DNA of 64,000 nt, taken from assembly GCF_009914755.1 (NCBI RefSeq), contig NC_060926.1; one strand, written 5' to 3'. Source of the stretch: the human T2T-CHM13v2.0 reference genome, Homo sapiens. Both the position numbers and the translations under genes were made by a program. The notes below the pieces were generated by a model, which worked only from the letters and a program-made list of their open reading frames with translations, made no database searches and had not been told where the DNA came from. Below are positions 1-12,174 of the stretch, piece by piece. Numbering within the stretch: the first letter of the stretch is position 1; every line of letters starts with the position of its first letter.

Positions 1-516
1 AGACTCCATCAGGAGCATTTTTTCATGCCATTAAGTATTCGCCCTGACACCACGGAGTTTGTTATGTAGATTAGTTTATTCCTGAGTACCTTACTGCTGG
101 ATACTGTTTCTAGTTTTTGGCTTCTATAAATAAATGTTGCAGTAAACATCCTTATGTGGAAAAGGCTTTGCATGTCCATTAATACATTATTATTTCCTTT
201 GAATAAACCCTTTGGAATTTAAATATGTCAGCGTATAGGCAGTATTTCAAAATTTTTGAAAAATTCTGCCAATTGGCCTTTTAAAAAATTGTAAAAGCAA
301 CTTACACATCCACCAGTAGTGTATATACCCTTTCTAACACTGGTTACTTTTTCTCTCAGATTTTTATTTTAGAAATGTCTTGAAAATTATAGAAAAGCTG
401 GGAAAATAATACAGTGAACACTCAGATAACTTTTCCACCTGGTTTCATTGTAAACATTTGGCCATATATCCTTTTTCTCCCTTGTCTTCTCCCTGCCCTC
501 CACATGGCAAACACAC

Positions 517-541
517 ATTTTTTTTTTTTTTTTTTTTTTTT
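517..541. repeat. poly(T) tract
   Basis: Direct observation. Confidence 0.95.
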
Positions 542-853
542 GCAGGGTATGGGGTGGAGGGGACCTTTTAAAACACATTGGAAATATTAAGACAATTTAG
601 TCATAAAAACGTAAATAGGCATCTTCTAAGAATAAGGACAATGGCTTGCATGACCATCCCACCATTATCACAACCAAAAAAATTAACTTGAATAATATTT
701 AATATGAAATCCAATTGCCCCAATTCCCAATCGGAAGTACTGCTGACTTCCCCAAAGATAACTTCTAATTTGGTTACTTCGTTTGTTGCTCCATGATCAA
801 CCAAGGCCACACACTGTATTCAGTTATATCTCTTTAGTGGTTTCAATCTAGGA

Positions 854-1414
854 CAGGGTTCCATAGACTTTTTCTTAAAGGGCTGTATTAGTCTGTTTTC
901 ATGCTGCTGATAAAGACATATCCGAGACTGAGCAATTTACAAAAAAAAGAGGTTTAATTGGACTTACAGTTCCACGTGGCTAGGGAAGCCTCACAATCAT
1001 GGCAGAAGGCAAGGAGGAGCAAGTCACATCTTAGGTGGATAGCAGCAGGCAGAAAAGAGCTTGTGCAGAGAAACTCCCATTTTTAAAACTATCAGATCTC
1101 ATGAGACCCATTCACTATCATGAGAACAGCACGGGAAAGACCTGCCCCCATGATTCAGTCATCTCCCACCGGGTCCGTCCCATAGCACGTTAGAATTATG
1201 GGAGCTACAAGTTGAGATTTGGGTGGGGACACAGAGCTAAACCATATCAAGGGCCAATTAGTAAATATTAGGCTTTGCGTGTCATATGTTCTGTTTTGCA
1301 ACAATTCAACTCTGCTGTTATAGTGTGAAAACCACGATACAGAAATGAATGATGGGTTTCCAATCAAAGTTGATTATAGCAGATGTTGAGCTGGCCATAG
1401 TTTGCCAACTCCTG
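854..1414 (+). mobile_element. MER58A-like hAT DNA transposon fossil, split by a THE1 LTR
   Basis: CAGGG...CCTG termini; TTTTTCTTAAAGGGC resumes as CAATTAGTAAATATTAGGCTTTGCG after the insert; ends TAGTTTGCCAACTCCTG. Confidence 0.75.
884..1249 (-). mobile_element. THE1/MST-family MaLR solo LTR
   Basis: TGTATTAGT...AAACCATATCA termini (reverse of the TGATATGGTTT start); 5-bp target-site duplication AGGGC at 879-883 and 1250-1254. Confidence 0.88.
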
Positions 1415-1803
1415 CTCTCAAACAATACCCCCTGCCCTTTCCTTGAAGAATCCAGTTGTCTCATAGCATGTTTCACATTCTGGGTTTGTCTGGTTGTTTC
1501 TTCATGATTAGTGTCAGGGTAAGCATTTTTATCAAGAGATCTACAAAGCAGATGTTATACATTTTCCATCGTATCCCACTGGGAGGCTCATGTCAGTGGT
1601 CCCAGAATTTGACCACTTGGTTTAGCTGACATTCACTAGGTCCCTCCATTGTGAAGATGCATTTCTATTTTTGTAATAAGCAATCCATGGGTGGTAGTTT
1701 GAGATCACATAACTATCTTATTGCCCCATAGCATCTCATCCAGGGATCCTGTGGTCATCCTGACTGAATCTATTATTGCACTGGGGGTTAGAGAACAATG
1801 ACC

Positions 1804-2090
1804 TTTTTTTTTTTTGAGACAGAGTCTCACTCTATTGTGCAGATGGAGTGCAGTGGCATAATTTCAGCACACCTCTGCCTCCTGGGTTCAAGTGATTCTC
1901 CTGCCTCAGCCTCCTGAGTAGCTGGGATTATAGGCGTGTACCACCACACCTGGCTAATTTTTGTATGTTTAGTAGAGACGGGGTTTCATCATGTTGGCTA
2001 GGCTGGTCTTGAACTCCTCACCTGAGGTGATCCACCTGACTTGGCCTCCCACAGTGCTGGGATTACAGACGTGACCCACCACTCCCAGAC
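1804..2090 (-). mobile_element. Alu (AluS-like)
   Basis: Reverse dimeric Alu with a T-tail; CAATGAC repeated on both flanks. Confidence 0.92.
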
Positions 2091-3008
2091 AAGATCAATG
2101 ACTTCTCAATCATGCCTTCTGTTTTTATTGGCTGGCATTCTTCTATGAAGAAAAGCTGCCTCCCTCCTTTTTATTCCTGTCTTCAATATCACTGTGAATT
2201 CTGTTTTTACTCAATTGTTTGTAATTCATCATTTACATTCTTTAGGTGACCTCAGTTTGGCCAGTGAGGGGCCTTCAAGTTGGCTCCATTCCCGTCACTT
2301 TTAGTATATCCTAGCTTTCTGGCCAAGATGTTCTAGGCTTATCATGTACTGTCTGTCTTGGAACTGGAATTGGCCGTTTCCCCAAGGAACCCAGTGCTCC
2401 TTAGTGGGGAGTGGTATTAGAGACCAACATCTGGATGTCGGGTGTACTTACACCAACTCTGGTTATTATTAGAAAGAGCCACCAATTTTAAAGGCCAAAT
2501 TATATCTATTTTATAGTGTATTTTATGGATTATGGGAGAGGCTGAGCATTTCTTCATGTTTTGTGGCCATGTCCGTTACCTTTTTGTGAATTGCTTACTC
2601 AAGTCCTTTGTGGGAGTTAATAGATTAAAACACTTAGAACAGTGCCTGACACACAGTAGGGTTACATATTGCTAGGGGATATTACTTCGTATTTATCCTT
2701 TGTTAAAAGTATCCAGAGTGACTTTTAAACTCAGTGCCCTGGACACGTGTTGCTCTTCTGCAGTCAGTGGTGTGGGGACCTGTGCCTGCATCCCATGATG
2801 CTGTCTGCCACTGCCCAAAATGTATGGGTCTACAAGTCACACCTCCCTTGTCATTCACTGGGCTCTGGTTCGTGGTGATGGCAAACATGGGATGGCAGCG
2901 AAGCCATACTGACAAAGGTTGAGGCCCTTCAGCATGGTGTGCAGCCTCTCAGCATGGACAGTGGGCCCTGAAGCCACTGCAGCTCACTGTTCCTCTCCCA
3001 CCCTACAG

Positions 3009-3068
3009 GAGGTAGATTGGGAAGTGGAGCTGGCCGTGGTCATTGGAAAGAAAGGCAAGCACATCAAG
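3009..3068 (+). CDS. FAHD2A: FAHD2A internal coding exon ([20 protein letters not shown])
   Basis: ccctacAG acceptor, GTgagg donor, 60 nt, phase 0/0; carries the FAH-family D-W-E-V-E-L metal-binding motif. Upstream exons are outside the window. Confidence 0.95.
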
Positions 3069-3345
3069 GTGAGGTGGAAAGGGTGGGCTCCCAGTCCAGA
3101 GTGCAGCAGAGGCCCCAGCTCCTGCCTCTCCTAGTTCTGACCTCACTCACCAACACACGGTGCCAGCTGTCCCTGACACTAGGAAGCAGTCAGCCTCCTT
3201 GCTCCCTGACACTGCCTTTCCCTTCACCCACCTTTGGCTGGCTCTGGCTACTAACATGGGATAACAGCTTAGAGATCCCTTGCCATAGGTGTTGGTGTCA
3301 CCCATGATCTAACCTCCTGTATGGCCAAATCCCCTGCCCCCATAG

Positions 3346-3508
3346 GCCACAGATGCTATGGCCCACGTGGCCGGCTTCACTGTGGCTCATGACGTGAGTG
3401 CTCGTGACTGGCAAATGAGACGTAATGGGAAACAATGGCTGCTGGGAAAAACCTTCGACACCTTCTGCCCTCTGGGCCCTGCCTTGGTGACCAAGGACAG
3501 TGTAGCAG
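3346..3508 (+). CDS. FAHD2A: FAHD2A coding exon ([54 protein letters not shown])
   Basis: ccatAG/GTaggt boundaries, 163 nt; FAH motifs DVSARD and [18 protein letters not shown] matches FAHD2A rather than FAHD2B as I recall them. Confidence 0.95.
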
Positions 3509-4276
3509 GTAGGTCCCTGGTCCCTGCCCCCTTATACCTACCATTGCACAGATGAACAGCGCTTCAGGGAGGAGCATGGGTTCAGGTACATGTGGCACCT
3601 GCCCTCCCTGGCCGCCCTTTCACTGCTGACTCCATACAGGGCAAGTCTCTTATCCTCAGCCACGAGTTCTCCCATGGGCTTCCTTCCCAAGCCCCCTAGA
3701 GGGAACACAACTGCAGAGGATGTGAAACTGCATGCGTGAAGTAAATTACAAAGAACACTGAGCTGATGGGTGGATCGGGCTTCCTGCGGCTGCCACCTCT
3801 GAAACAATCTAAGTTGAGCATCATGGAGCATAGTTATCCCAAGGCCAAGGCATTTTCCACACTACAGGAGATGAAAGCCAGTGTGACTCACCCAGCCACT
3901 GTGGAAATAGAACAGCACTGACCACACACAGTCAGGATACAGCGCCAGGATGGGGGCAGTGCCCCAGAGGGCAGAGCGCAGCCTCTTACACAGCCACCCA
4001 CAACTGTGGTGGAGGTGGGGGGTGTCCACATGGGCCAGCCATGCCAGGATACCAAAGACCCCAGTGCCTCAGCACCCCATGCAGAGTCCTCAGCAAAGTT
4101 AAATTGTGTTTCAGCTGCTCTACTTAAGGGGGGTAGAACACTAGGACCACCACCAACAGTAAAAAGTGCTGGTTAGCCAGGATGTTCTTACAGTAATCCA
4201 TCCCCTGCCAGCATCCAGTACACGAGGCTTCTCTGTCCCGGCTAGAACCATTGCCTCACTGCTTTATAGATGCTGA

Positions 4277-4572
<296 letters not shown>

Positions 4573-4915
4573 CTGCTGAGTCAATCTACAGGTGTCATCC
4601 TATGCTGTAGACAGATGCCCTTATTTTTTTCAAGGCAAAAACCCTAGCCATTTTTCTCTTCCCCTTCAGAGTCTGAAACATCCTCTCAACCCATCCCTGT
4701 TACTACTGCTTGGTGCTCTTGGTGGGGATGCGGGGAGGCCTGAGAAGGCCAATGTCTATACAGAAAGTTCTAACATAGAGCACTGAGTCAATGTGGGCAC
4801 TTTGAAGCCCTTTCACCTGCCAAGTCACGAAGCACCCCTACAGTTGTGTTTGTAAAATATTGGGGGGTTTGAGGGGGAAAAGGGATAACTCCAAGGTACC
4901 ATCTTTGCATTTCAG

Positions 4916-5024
4916 ATCCACACAACTTAAAGATCTGCTGCCGAGTGAATGGGGAAGTGGTCCAGAGCGGCAACACCAACCAGATGGTATTCAAGACAGA
5001 GGACCTGATAGCCTGGGTCTCCCA
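4916..5024 (+). CDS. FAHD2A: FAHD2A coding exon ([37 protein letters not shown])
   Basis: tttcAG/GTgagt boundaries, 109 nt; phases 1 and 2 fit the neighbouring exons. Confidence 0.95.
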
Positions 5025-5158
5025 GTGAGTGACAGGGGCTGTCCTGCCAGCCCCGCTTCACCTGCCACACATGTGGAGGCTGACCTGAGCCCTCCATCTT
5101 TGGCTGTGGCCACCTCAGCCAGCCCCTGGTCTCACCGGGTCCTTCTGCTTTGATCCAG

Positions 5159-5246
5159 GTTTGTTACCTTTTACCCAGGGGATGTCATCCTAACTGGGAC
5201 CCCCCCAGGTGTCGGTGTATTCAGGAAACCTCCTGTCTTTCTCAAG
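5159..5246 (+). CDS. FAHD2A: FAHD2A coding exon ([29 protein letters not shown])
   Basis: atccAG/GTaggt boundaries, 88 nt; conserved GDVILTGTP motif. Confidence 0.95.
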
Positions 5247-5376
5247 GTAGGTTAGCGAAAAGCAAAGAGCAAGGGCCCCAAAGGCCTGGCAGGCTTGCCT
5301 CAGACTTGAGAAGTACAGGCTTGTGTATGTGTGTCTGACGGAAGGGCTGACACTGTCATGGCCTGCTCTGTTGCAG

Positions 5377-5439
5377 AAGGGGGATGAAGTCCAGTGTGAG
5401 ATTGAAGAACTAGGTGTCATCATCAACAAGGTGGTGTGA
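5377..5439 (+). CDS. FAHD2A: FAHD2A last coding exon ([20 protein letters not shown])
   Basis: ttgcAG acceptor, 20 codons then TGA at 5437-5439. Confidence 0.95.
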   Translation, partial: KGDEVQCEIEELGVIINKVV

Positions 5440-5587
5440 TGGCTCCTGCACAGGCCCTGCACATAGGATGAGGGCATCTGCTCCCACTCAGCCTAGCCCA
5501 GGGAAAGGCCCAGTGACAGGTGTGGACAGGTGCCAGCCCTGCAAGCCGCCTCTTCTCGGTAGAAGGGAGAAGGACAGAGCTCTCTTC

Positions 5588-5593
5588 AATAAA
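5588..5593 (+). terminator. Proximal polyadenylation signal of FAHD2A
   Basis: AATAAA about 150 nt after the stop codon. Confidence 0.7.
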
Positions 5594-5932
5594 TTCGTCA
5601 GGTCAAAGCAGCAGCTTTGCTTCTGCTGTTTGTCTTCTTTTGGGCTTTGTTTCATGGGACAAGTTGGGGCATTTTGTGGGACTGGGGAAGAAGAGAGCAA
5701 ATACACACACATATGCCAAAAAGATGCTGCTGGGCTGGGGAAAAGACAATTCGTGTCGTCCCCTTGTTTATCACATCAAAGAAGGGAAAAAGCAAGAGAT
5801 GGCAAGGGACAATCAAGCCTCAATGATTATATTTATAGCTAAGGGTTTGCAGCCTCCTCTCCATCTTCTGGCTCTAGGACACAGCTGTGTTCTGGGGCTC
5901 AGAAGTCTCAGCACAGGCTCCTTCTCACAGTT

Positions 5933-6778
5933 CTAGCTACAAGTGAACTGCCGGATGAACTGTTCTAGTTTTTCCTGATTGTCCAGGCTGGCAAAAGTAG
6001 GGGACAGGTGGAGCCTGGGGCCTGCAGGGCTCGGCGTCTGCTGCAGAACCTGGGCCATGGAAGATGGGCCGTGAGTGCACTCACCACAGGGACTGTGTCC
6101 ACATGGCCCAGGGGCCAGGCCTGTCCCCCAGAAACCTGCCTTGAGACCTCTGACCCCTTAGGCCTCAGTGTTTGAGTGCAAATGCTGCCTCAAAGCAGCC
6201 CCAATACCCCACCTAGAAGGATGAGCCAGTGATTTGGGAGACCAAGAGGCAGGAAACCATCCCACCTTCTCCAACCCATCACCACGTCTATTGCTGGAAG
6301 ACACCAAGTAAATCCCAGGGTCTTAATGAGGCACCATCAGGCCAGCCCTGTGGGGTGATGGGAACATAGCTGGGTTTCCCTGAGCCACTCTATTGGGGTG
6401 GGAGCAGGGGGACAGAAGATGGTGACACTGGCTCCTCTCACCCCTAGGTCTCTGAAGGTCCAGATAGCACTGATGGCAAGCTTTGGGTCTGCACACTCTG
6501 GAAAGAAGAGAGAAGTGAAGGCTCTAGGTAGGGAGGACAGGGAGACACTGGGCACAGGCTTCTCTCCTCTTGTTTAAAGAAGCCCAGGGAGGGATAGATC
6601 TCCGACTGGACAGAAGACTACTCTGCAGCCCGCCTTCCTAGAGTTGGGTTGTCACTGTCCGGCAGGGGGCAGCAGCCACCAGCAAACACCACTGCCTGCA
6701 GGAGCCTGGGCTGACTGGTTGGGACTCACCAAAGATCCCTTCTTCCTGGGCGGTGGCCTGCAGGAACTGGAACAGCTG
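5933..6778 (-). pseudogene. 5'-truncated GPAT2 paralog remnant: partial exon 6778-6730 (QLFQFLQATAQEEGIF), exon 6497-6442 (ECADPKLAISAIWTFRDLG), exon 6049-5933 (VLQQTPSPAGPRLHLSPTFASLDNQEKLEQFIRQFTCS*)
   Basis: Reverse-strand translation matches the remembered GPAT2 C-terminus. GT-AG sites and phases are intact and TAG lies at 5935-5933. No GPAT2 sequence is recognisable beyond ~6779. Confidence 0.9.
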
Positions 6779-9063
6779 TTGGAGAGGAGAAGAAAAAGAA
6801 GACATCAAAAAGAAAATCTAGTGCTGGGTGGATATAGAGTATGAAGATGTGGAGCTGGGAAAACAGAGGATGTGGTGGGATGGGGAAGGAAAGGTTGTGG
6901 AAGGCCTGCACCCCGTCTCAGTTCCTCCACTGCTTCGTCCCAGATTCTGTTTTTGTTTTCCTGAATCAGACTTAGTCTCCCTCCATTCTCCCGTCCCCTG
7001 TGTGCCCCCATCCTGGTCCTGCCTCACTGGACAGCCTCTCCGCGGCCTTCCTCCTCCCTGCTCCAGAATTCTACTTGGTGCCCCCCAACCCCACTCGACT
7101 CATTGTCCACCTGGCCTCTGAGGCCAGGCACCCTCATTCCCCTCTCCCACCCACCCCACCCAAGGAAGCCCAGCACAGACCATCTCATCTCACTCCACCA
7201 TCACTTCTTTGCCAAATGCATTTCCAAACACCCTCATGAGCTTTGCTGATCTCTTTGCCATCTCTCCCTGCCCCACTCCGATGGCTCCTCCTGCCTGGTG
7301 AAGACTGCCCTGGGTATCCCAGAACTGAACCTGCAGCAGCCAGCACAGCTGACCTTGGGGCGATAAGCAGCCAGGGAAAGGCTTTCTTAAAAAAAAACAA
7401 AAAACAAAACCAATAACTCAGTAAGCAGATTAAACAAAGGTAGAGACGGAGCCCTCCACCCCTCTCACACACTCATCCTCACACCCAGCTATACCACACC
7501 CCACAAATGTTGCTTATGTTTCCTTGGTCATTCTGTCCATCCTCCTGTCTGTCCAAAGCCAAGGACACTGCTCTACTCTAAATTTTTTGTCCCGAAGCCC
7601 CCAAATACTGCAACCCTGACCCAATGCACGAAGCCACCCCAAAATACAGCAGAGGACACCAGGACTTTCATTTTCCCTCAGTATGGCCCATCCTTTGGGT
7701 ATGCCAACTCCATGTCCACCAAGCACTGCATGTAGGACAGGGCACAGTTTGGAGGCCTTGGTCCAGCCACTGCCCCAGACCCACCTTGGCTCTCTCCTCA
7801 CTAACACCCGAGAAGCCCAGACTTCCCAGTGTTTAGCAACAGATTAAACTCTAAGCCAACAACAACAGAACAGGGTGGAGTGAGTGGAAAGCAAATGAAA
7901 TGTTAAAAAAAAAAAAAAAGCAATACTTGCATTCTCATTAGTAGGAACATGTGAGATGAAGCATGTTATGTTATTAGGCATTCTCTTGATTCGGTAAACA
8001 CAAGCTGAATAAATTTATAAATATCAGCATTAAGCGAGATTTAACGGGGAGCTGTTTATCTTCTGCCTGTCAGGCAGGCGGCAACACTCTCCATGTATCA
8101 CTCGCCAGCCGTGCAGTCCTCACTCTCTTGCCCAGGTAAGCTGGGGAAGAGCCTGCTGCCGCCCAGCTCTGGTTGTGGAAGGGCTGGCACCAAGGAGCTG
8201 CGAGCTTACCTCAACTCATCTCACCTCACCATGCCGGCTGCGAGGCGGCCCGTGCAGTCCGTGCGCAGGAGGTCACACTCCCATGCTGCATCCCAGCCCC
8301 TCCAGAAGCAGAGCATGACCTGGGTGACTTTGAGGATGCTATTTAACCTCTCTAAGCTAAAGCTCCTCGACTGCAGCATCAACAGATCAGTGCCGACCTG
8401 TTAAGGCCGTCGAGAGCATCAAATGCTACTGTTCAGCAGGTGCCTGACACATAGTAGGTCCACAAGCAAATGATTTTCCTGCTTGCATCATTTCTAGCAC
8501 AGAGCTGGAGGAAATGGCGAGGTGCAGGTGGCCGCTGGGCCCTGCTGTTCTACATGGGAGCAAGACAGCTGCTAGGTGAAGGGGAATGACCAGGCAGCCA
8601 CAGGGAGGACATGTGGCCTCAGGAAGCCTGGGTGTGTATCCTGGTTCTGCTAGGAACACGTGTGGGGCTTTGTGTGGGTGACTCTCTGGCTCCCCAAGCC
8701 TCCCTTTCCTACTGTTATATCCTTAAAGTGCCTCTGAGGCCAAAGCCTTTGTGGCAATTGTCAAATGAGTCCATATGCAGTGAGTACCGTGTTGAGGGAG
8801 GACAAGGTCACCAAGAGCTGAGAATGTTTCTCCGACTGATGAGACCTAGATATTGGGTACATGGAGGTCCCCGGTCCCTTTGTGATTCCTGCAGCCTGTT
8901 GCCTCCTTGCCTGGACCCCGCCTCAGCTCAGAAAGCCAATTCCCTAGATTCCAAAGGCCTTCCCAGACCAATTAGCATGTCCTGCAGCTGTCAGCTCCCT
9001 GTGCCTAGCCTGGACCTCAGCTCATGTCTAGCACCCAGTCTCCCAACCCCACACATATTCACA

Positions 9064-9167
9064 AATAAAAGAAAATAACAAATGACATGAATTCTTCACT
9101 CCTGGTCTGGCTTGCTGTGTGTAAACTGCTATGACAATACAAGACGCAGAGGCGGGTACCCAATAAA
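9064..9167 (+). terminator. Candidate distal polyadenylation signals (AATAAA at 9064 and 9162) for a long FAHD2A 3' UTR
   Basis: Two canonical hexamers, the first followed by a GT-rich stretch. Their use is inferred. Confidence 0.4.
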
Positions 9168-10061
9168 AGCTGTTGAAAATGTGACTGACACCGAGTTTCA
9201 GCTATCCAGGAAGGCACGGATCCTTACAAGGTCCAAGCAGAGTCCTCGAGAATAGTTGAGAATTCTTGGGTTCCATATGAACTAGGAGATACCCACACAA
9301 AGGCTTGGATTTCCCAATACATAACTACCCCTGAACACTCCTTCTTTCCCTCGTCTCTCTGCTGAGACCTCTAGACCCTAAGGATCCACCCAGGACAACC
9401 TCTCCAAAGGTACCCTGATATGCTTTTCTTCCAGGCAGCATTTCCACAGAGCTGTGGGTGAAAGTCACAGGATGAAAATGTGCCATGGGACTGTATCTCC
9501 CACCAACACACTGCAGGCAAGGGGCACACAGAGTGCCCCCTCTGCCCATCCCAGGAATGGCCATCTAAGAATGATGCAATCTTTTCTAAAAAGAAAGTAA
9601 ATAAAGGCAGGTGCCATATAAGAAGACCTTGGGGGACTATAGGGATGTTCCTTAATGTCTCAGAACATCTGCCTCCATCAATGAAATGAAGGATTCAAAG
9701 CAGCTCATCCCTGAGTTGACCTTAATGCTGAATCCTAAACATCACCCTTAGGATGCTATCTGGCTAGGCAGGGAATGAAGGATCTGGGAGCTGAGTTGCA
9801 GGAAGCTGCAGCAGCTTCCCATTTACAGATCCTCTAGTGCCAGTTTTTCAGGCTTCCTGACTAAGAGAAGCAGCCAGGCAAATTCCACCATTCAGCTACA
9901 TTTACAGGAAGCTGGCTATTTGGGAGGCTCTCTACCAGAGGCTTTGGGAAAAAAAATGCAGAATTAATGTAAAGATCACATATTTACCTATGAGAGAAAA
10001 GATATCCAAGGATGCCCTTCGGCCTCATTTGATCTAAAACTAGGCCTGGAGCTACCTAATT

Positions 10062-10428
10062 GTCAAGTCAGTTCAGGCTTCTATAACAAAAATACTATAG
10101 ACTGGGTGGCTTAAACAACAAACGTCTATTTCACATGCTGCTGAAGGGAACAACCATGGTCAGGAGCATGATGAGGGCCCTCTTCCTGGCTTGGAGGTGG
10201 CCATCTTCTTGCTGTGTCATCACATGGCAGAGAGAGAGACAGAGAAAGAATGAGAATGAGAGGAAGCAAGCAGTTTCATATTTTATCTTATAAGGGCACT
10301 AATCCCATCATGAGGGCTCCATCCCCATGACCCAATAGCCTCCCAAAGGCCCCATCTCCAAATACCACCCCACTGGTAGTTAGGGTTTCAACATACATTT
10401 GGGAGTATACAAATATGCAGTCCACAAA
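10062..10428 (-). mobile_element. MaLR LTR (MLT1A/MSTD-like)
   Basis: AGACTGGGTGGCTTAAACAAC, CACATGGCAGAGAG and TAAGGGCACTAATCCCATCATGAGGG motifs. Confidence 0.7.
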
Positions 10429-11274
10429 ACAAATACCCCTAAGTTGTCTGCATATGTATGCTTGTTCTGGTGCTGCTTTGAGTATCTCAGACGATAGAAT
10501 CGAGTGTAGATCAAACTTCTCTAGGCCTCAATAGGGTGAATCTAAAGATTGGGTCACAATAATGGCAATAAGCCACAATTCACTGGATTAATCTCACCTA
10601 CTCCTTCAGGGGCCTATCCACATTCAAAGTACCACAAGTACCTGTAGAAGTCTCTGAGCAGTATCACAAAGACTGACATAGATACAGGCAAAATAGAAAA
10701 TGGATAGATGGTAGTATGGGGTTGGGGGTGGTTGTGTGTGTGTGTGTGTGTGTAAGGAAAGAGGATGTCTTGTACTTGGGATACATGGGGATATATTGTT
10801 TTTGAGGCTGTTTGGTGGCAATACTTGCCCTGAGCTCAGGAAACAGGCCAGAGAGATATATCTGTTCCCTACTTAGAAGAGAGCACTGATGCATGAAGGT
10901 TGGGAGGAGGCCAGAGAATAGTGTATTGAAAGAAGAGAATGTGACCAAGGCCCCAACATTAAAAATGAACCTTGAATTGGAGATGGGGAATGAAGAAAAA
11001 GTCAGAGAAGAGGGCATACGTGGAGTAATCTGAAAGACAGGAAGAGCCACAGGTGTGCACAGTAACCGGGATGTGAGGTTAGTAGAGAGCTTCAGGAAGG
11101 AGGGAAAAGGCATTCATGACAAACACTGCAGGACACTCACAAAGATGGGGAATGAGTAAAAGCCATCGAGCTTGGCATTGATGACCTTCATGGGAACCAT
11201 ACAAGGAGAAACCTGTGGAATGAAACCTAACTACACAAAGCCAAGGAATTAGCAGTAAGGACATTAAGGCGGTC

Positions 11275-11713
11275 TTATGGGTTAAATCATACACACCAAA
11301 AATATGTCAAAATTCTCATCCCAGTACCTAGAAATAGAATCTTATTTGAAAATAAAGTCTTTGCAGGTGTAATCAAGTTAAGATGAGGTCATTAGGATTG
11401 GTCCTTAAGCCAGTATGACTTGTGTCCTTGTAAGAGAGAGAAAGATGCCAAGTGAAGACACAGACATACAGAGAGAAGACAGAAGATGGAGATGGAGGCT
11501 GAAGTGATGCAGCCACAAGTCAAGGAACTCCTGGGTTACCAAAAGCTGGAATAGACAAAGAAGTATCCTCCCCTAGAGCCTTCAGAGGGAGCAAGGCCCT
11601 GCTACATCTTGATTTTGTAAGCCAGGTCTCCAAGATTGCAAGAGAATGAATTCCTGTTGTCTGAAGCAACCCAATTTGTGGGACTTAGTTATGGCACCCC
11701 TAGAAAACTAATA
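11275..11713 (+). mobile_element. MaLR LTR (MLT1B/C-like)
   Basis: CTTTGCAGGTGTAATCAAGTTAAGATGAGGTCAT through GTTATGGCACCCCTAGAAAACTAATA. Confidence 0.75.
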
Positions 11714-12174
11714 GAGGCAGTAAGGGCACTTTTATAAGAAATGTGTTCATGAAGAGATGGAGTTAAATGCTTTTAATAAAGAGAATGTTTGCTTTTCATG
11801 GACATACTTGAGAATGTTTACAGACTAAGAGGAAAGAATCTAGAGACAGAGAGAGAGAGAAGTTGAAGATTCAAAACAATGGAAGGATGGTTAATAAAAT
11901 ATGGAGGAGGAAGAAAAAGATTAAAAGGAGAACTCAAGTGGCATAATTGGCCTAAAAAGGTGAGGGACACTTTGTCATCCTGGGTGAGGTGTCTTGGCCT
12001 AGATCCTATAGAAAGTAGAGCCTGAGGCAAGGATTGAAGTGCTGACATTTTATGTGGGGGAAGGGTGCAAGTTCAGGACAATGAAAGTGAGGAATAAATG
12101 GAAGCAGATGGAAGGCCCTGTGATGAAACGCATTGCTATCCTAGTGGCAACTTCACACCAAGCTGCAAAGATGC

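Noticed and set aside
5414-5936. Overlapping 138-142 aa ORFs after the FAHD2A stop
   Set aside because: 3' UTR sequence with non-ATG starts and no homology.
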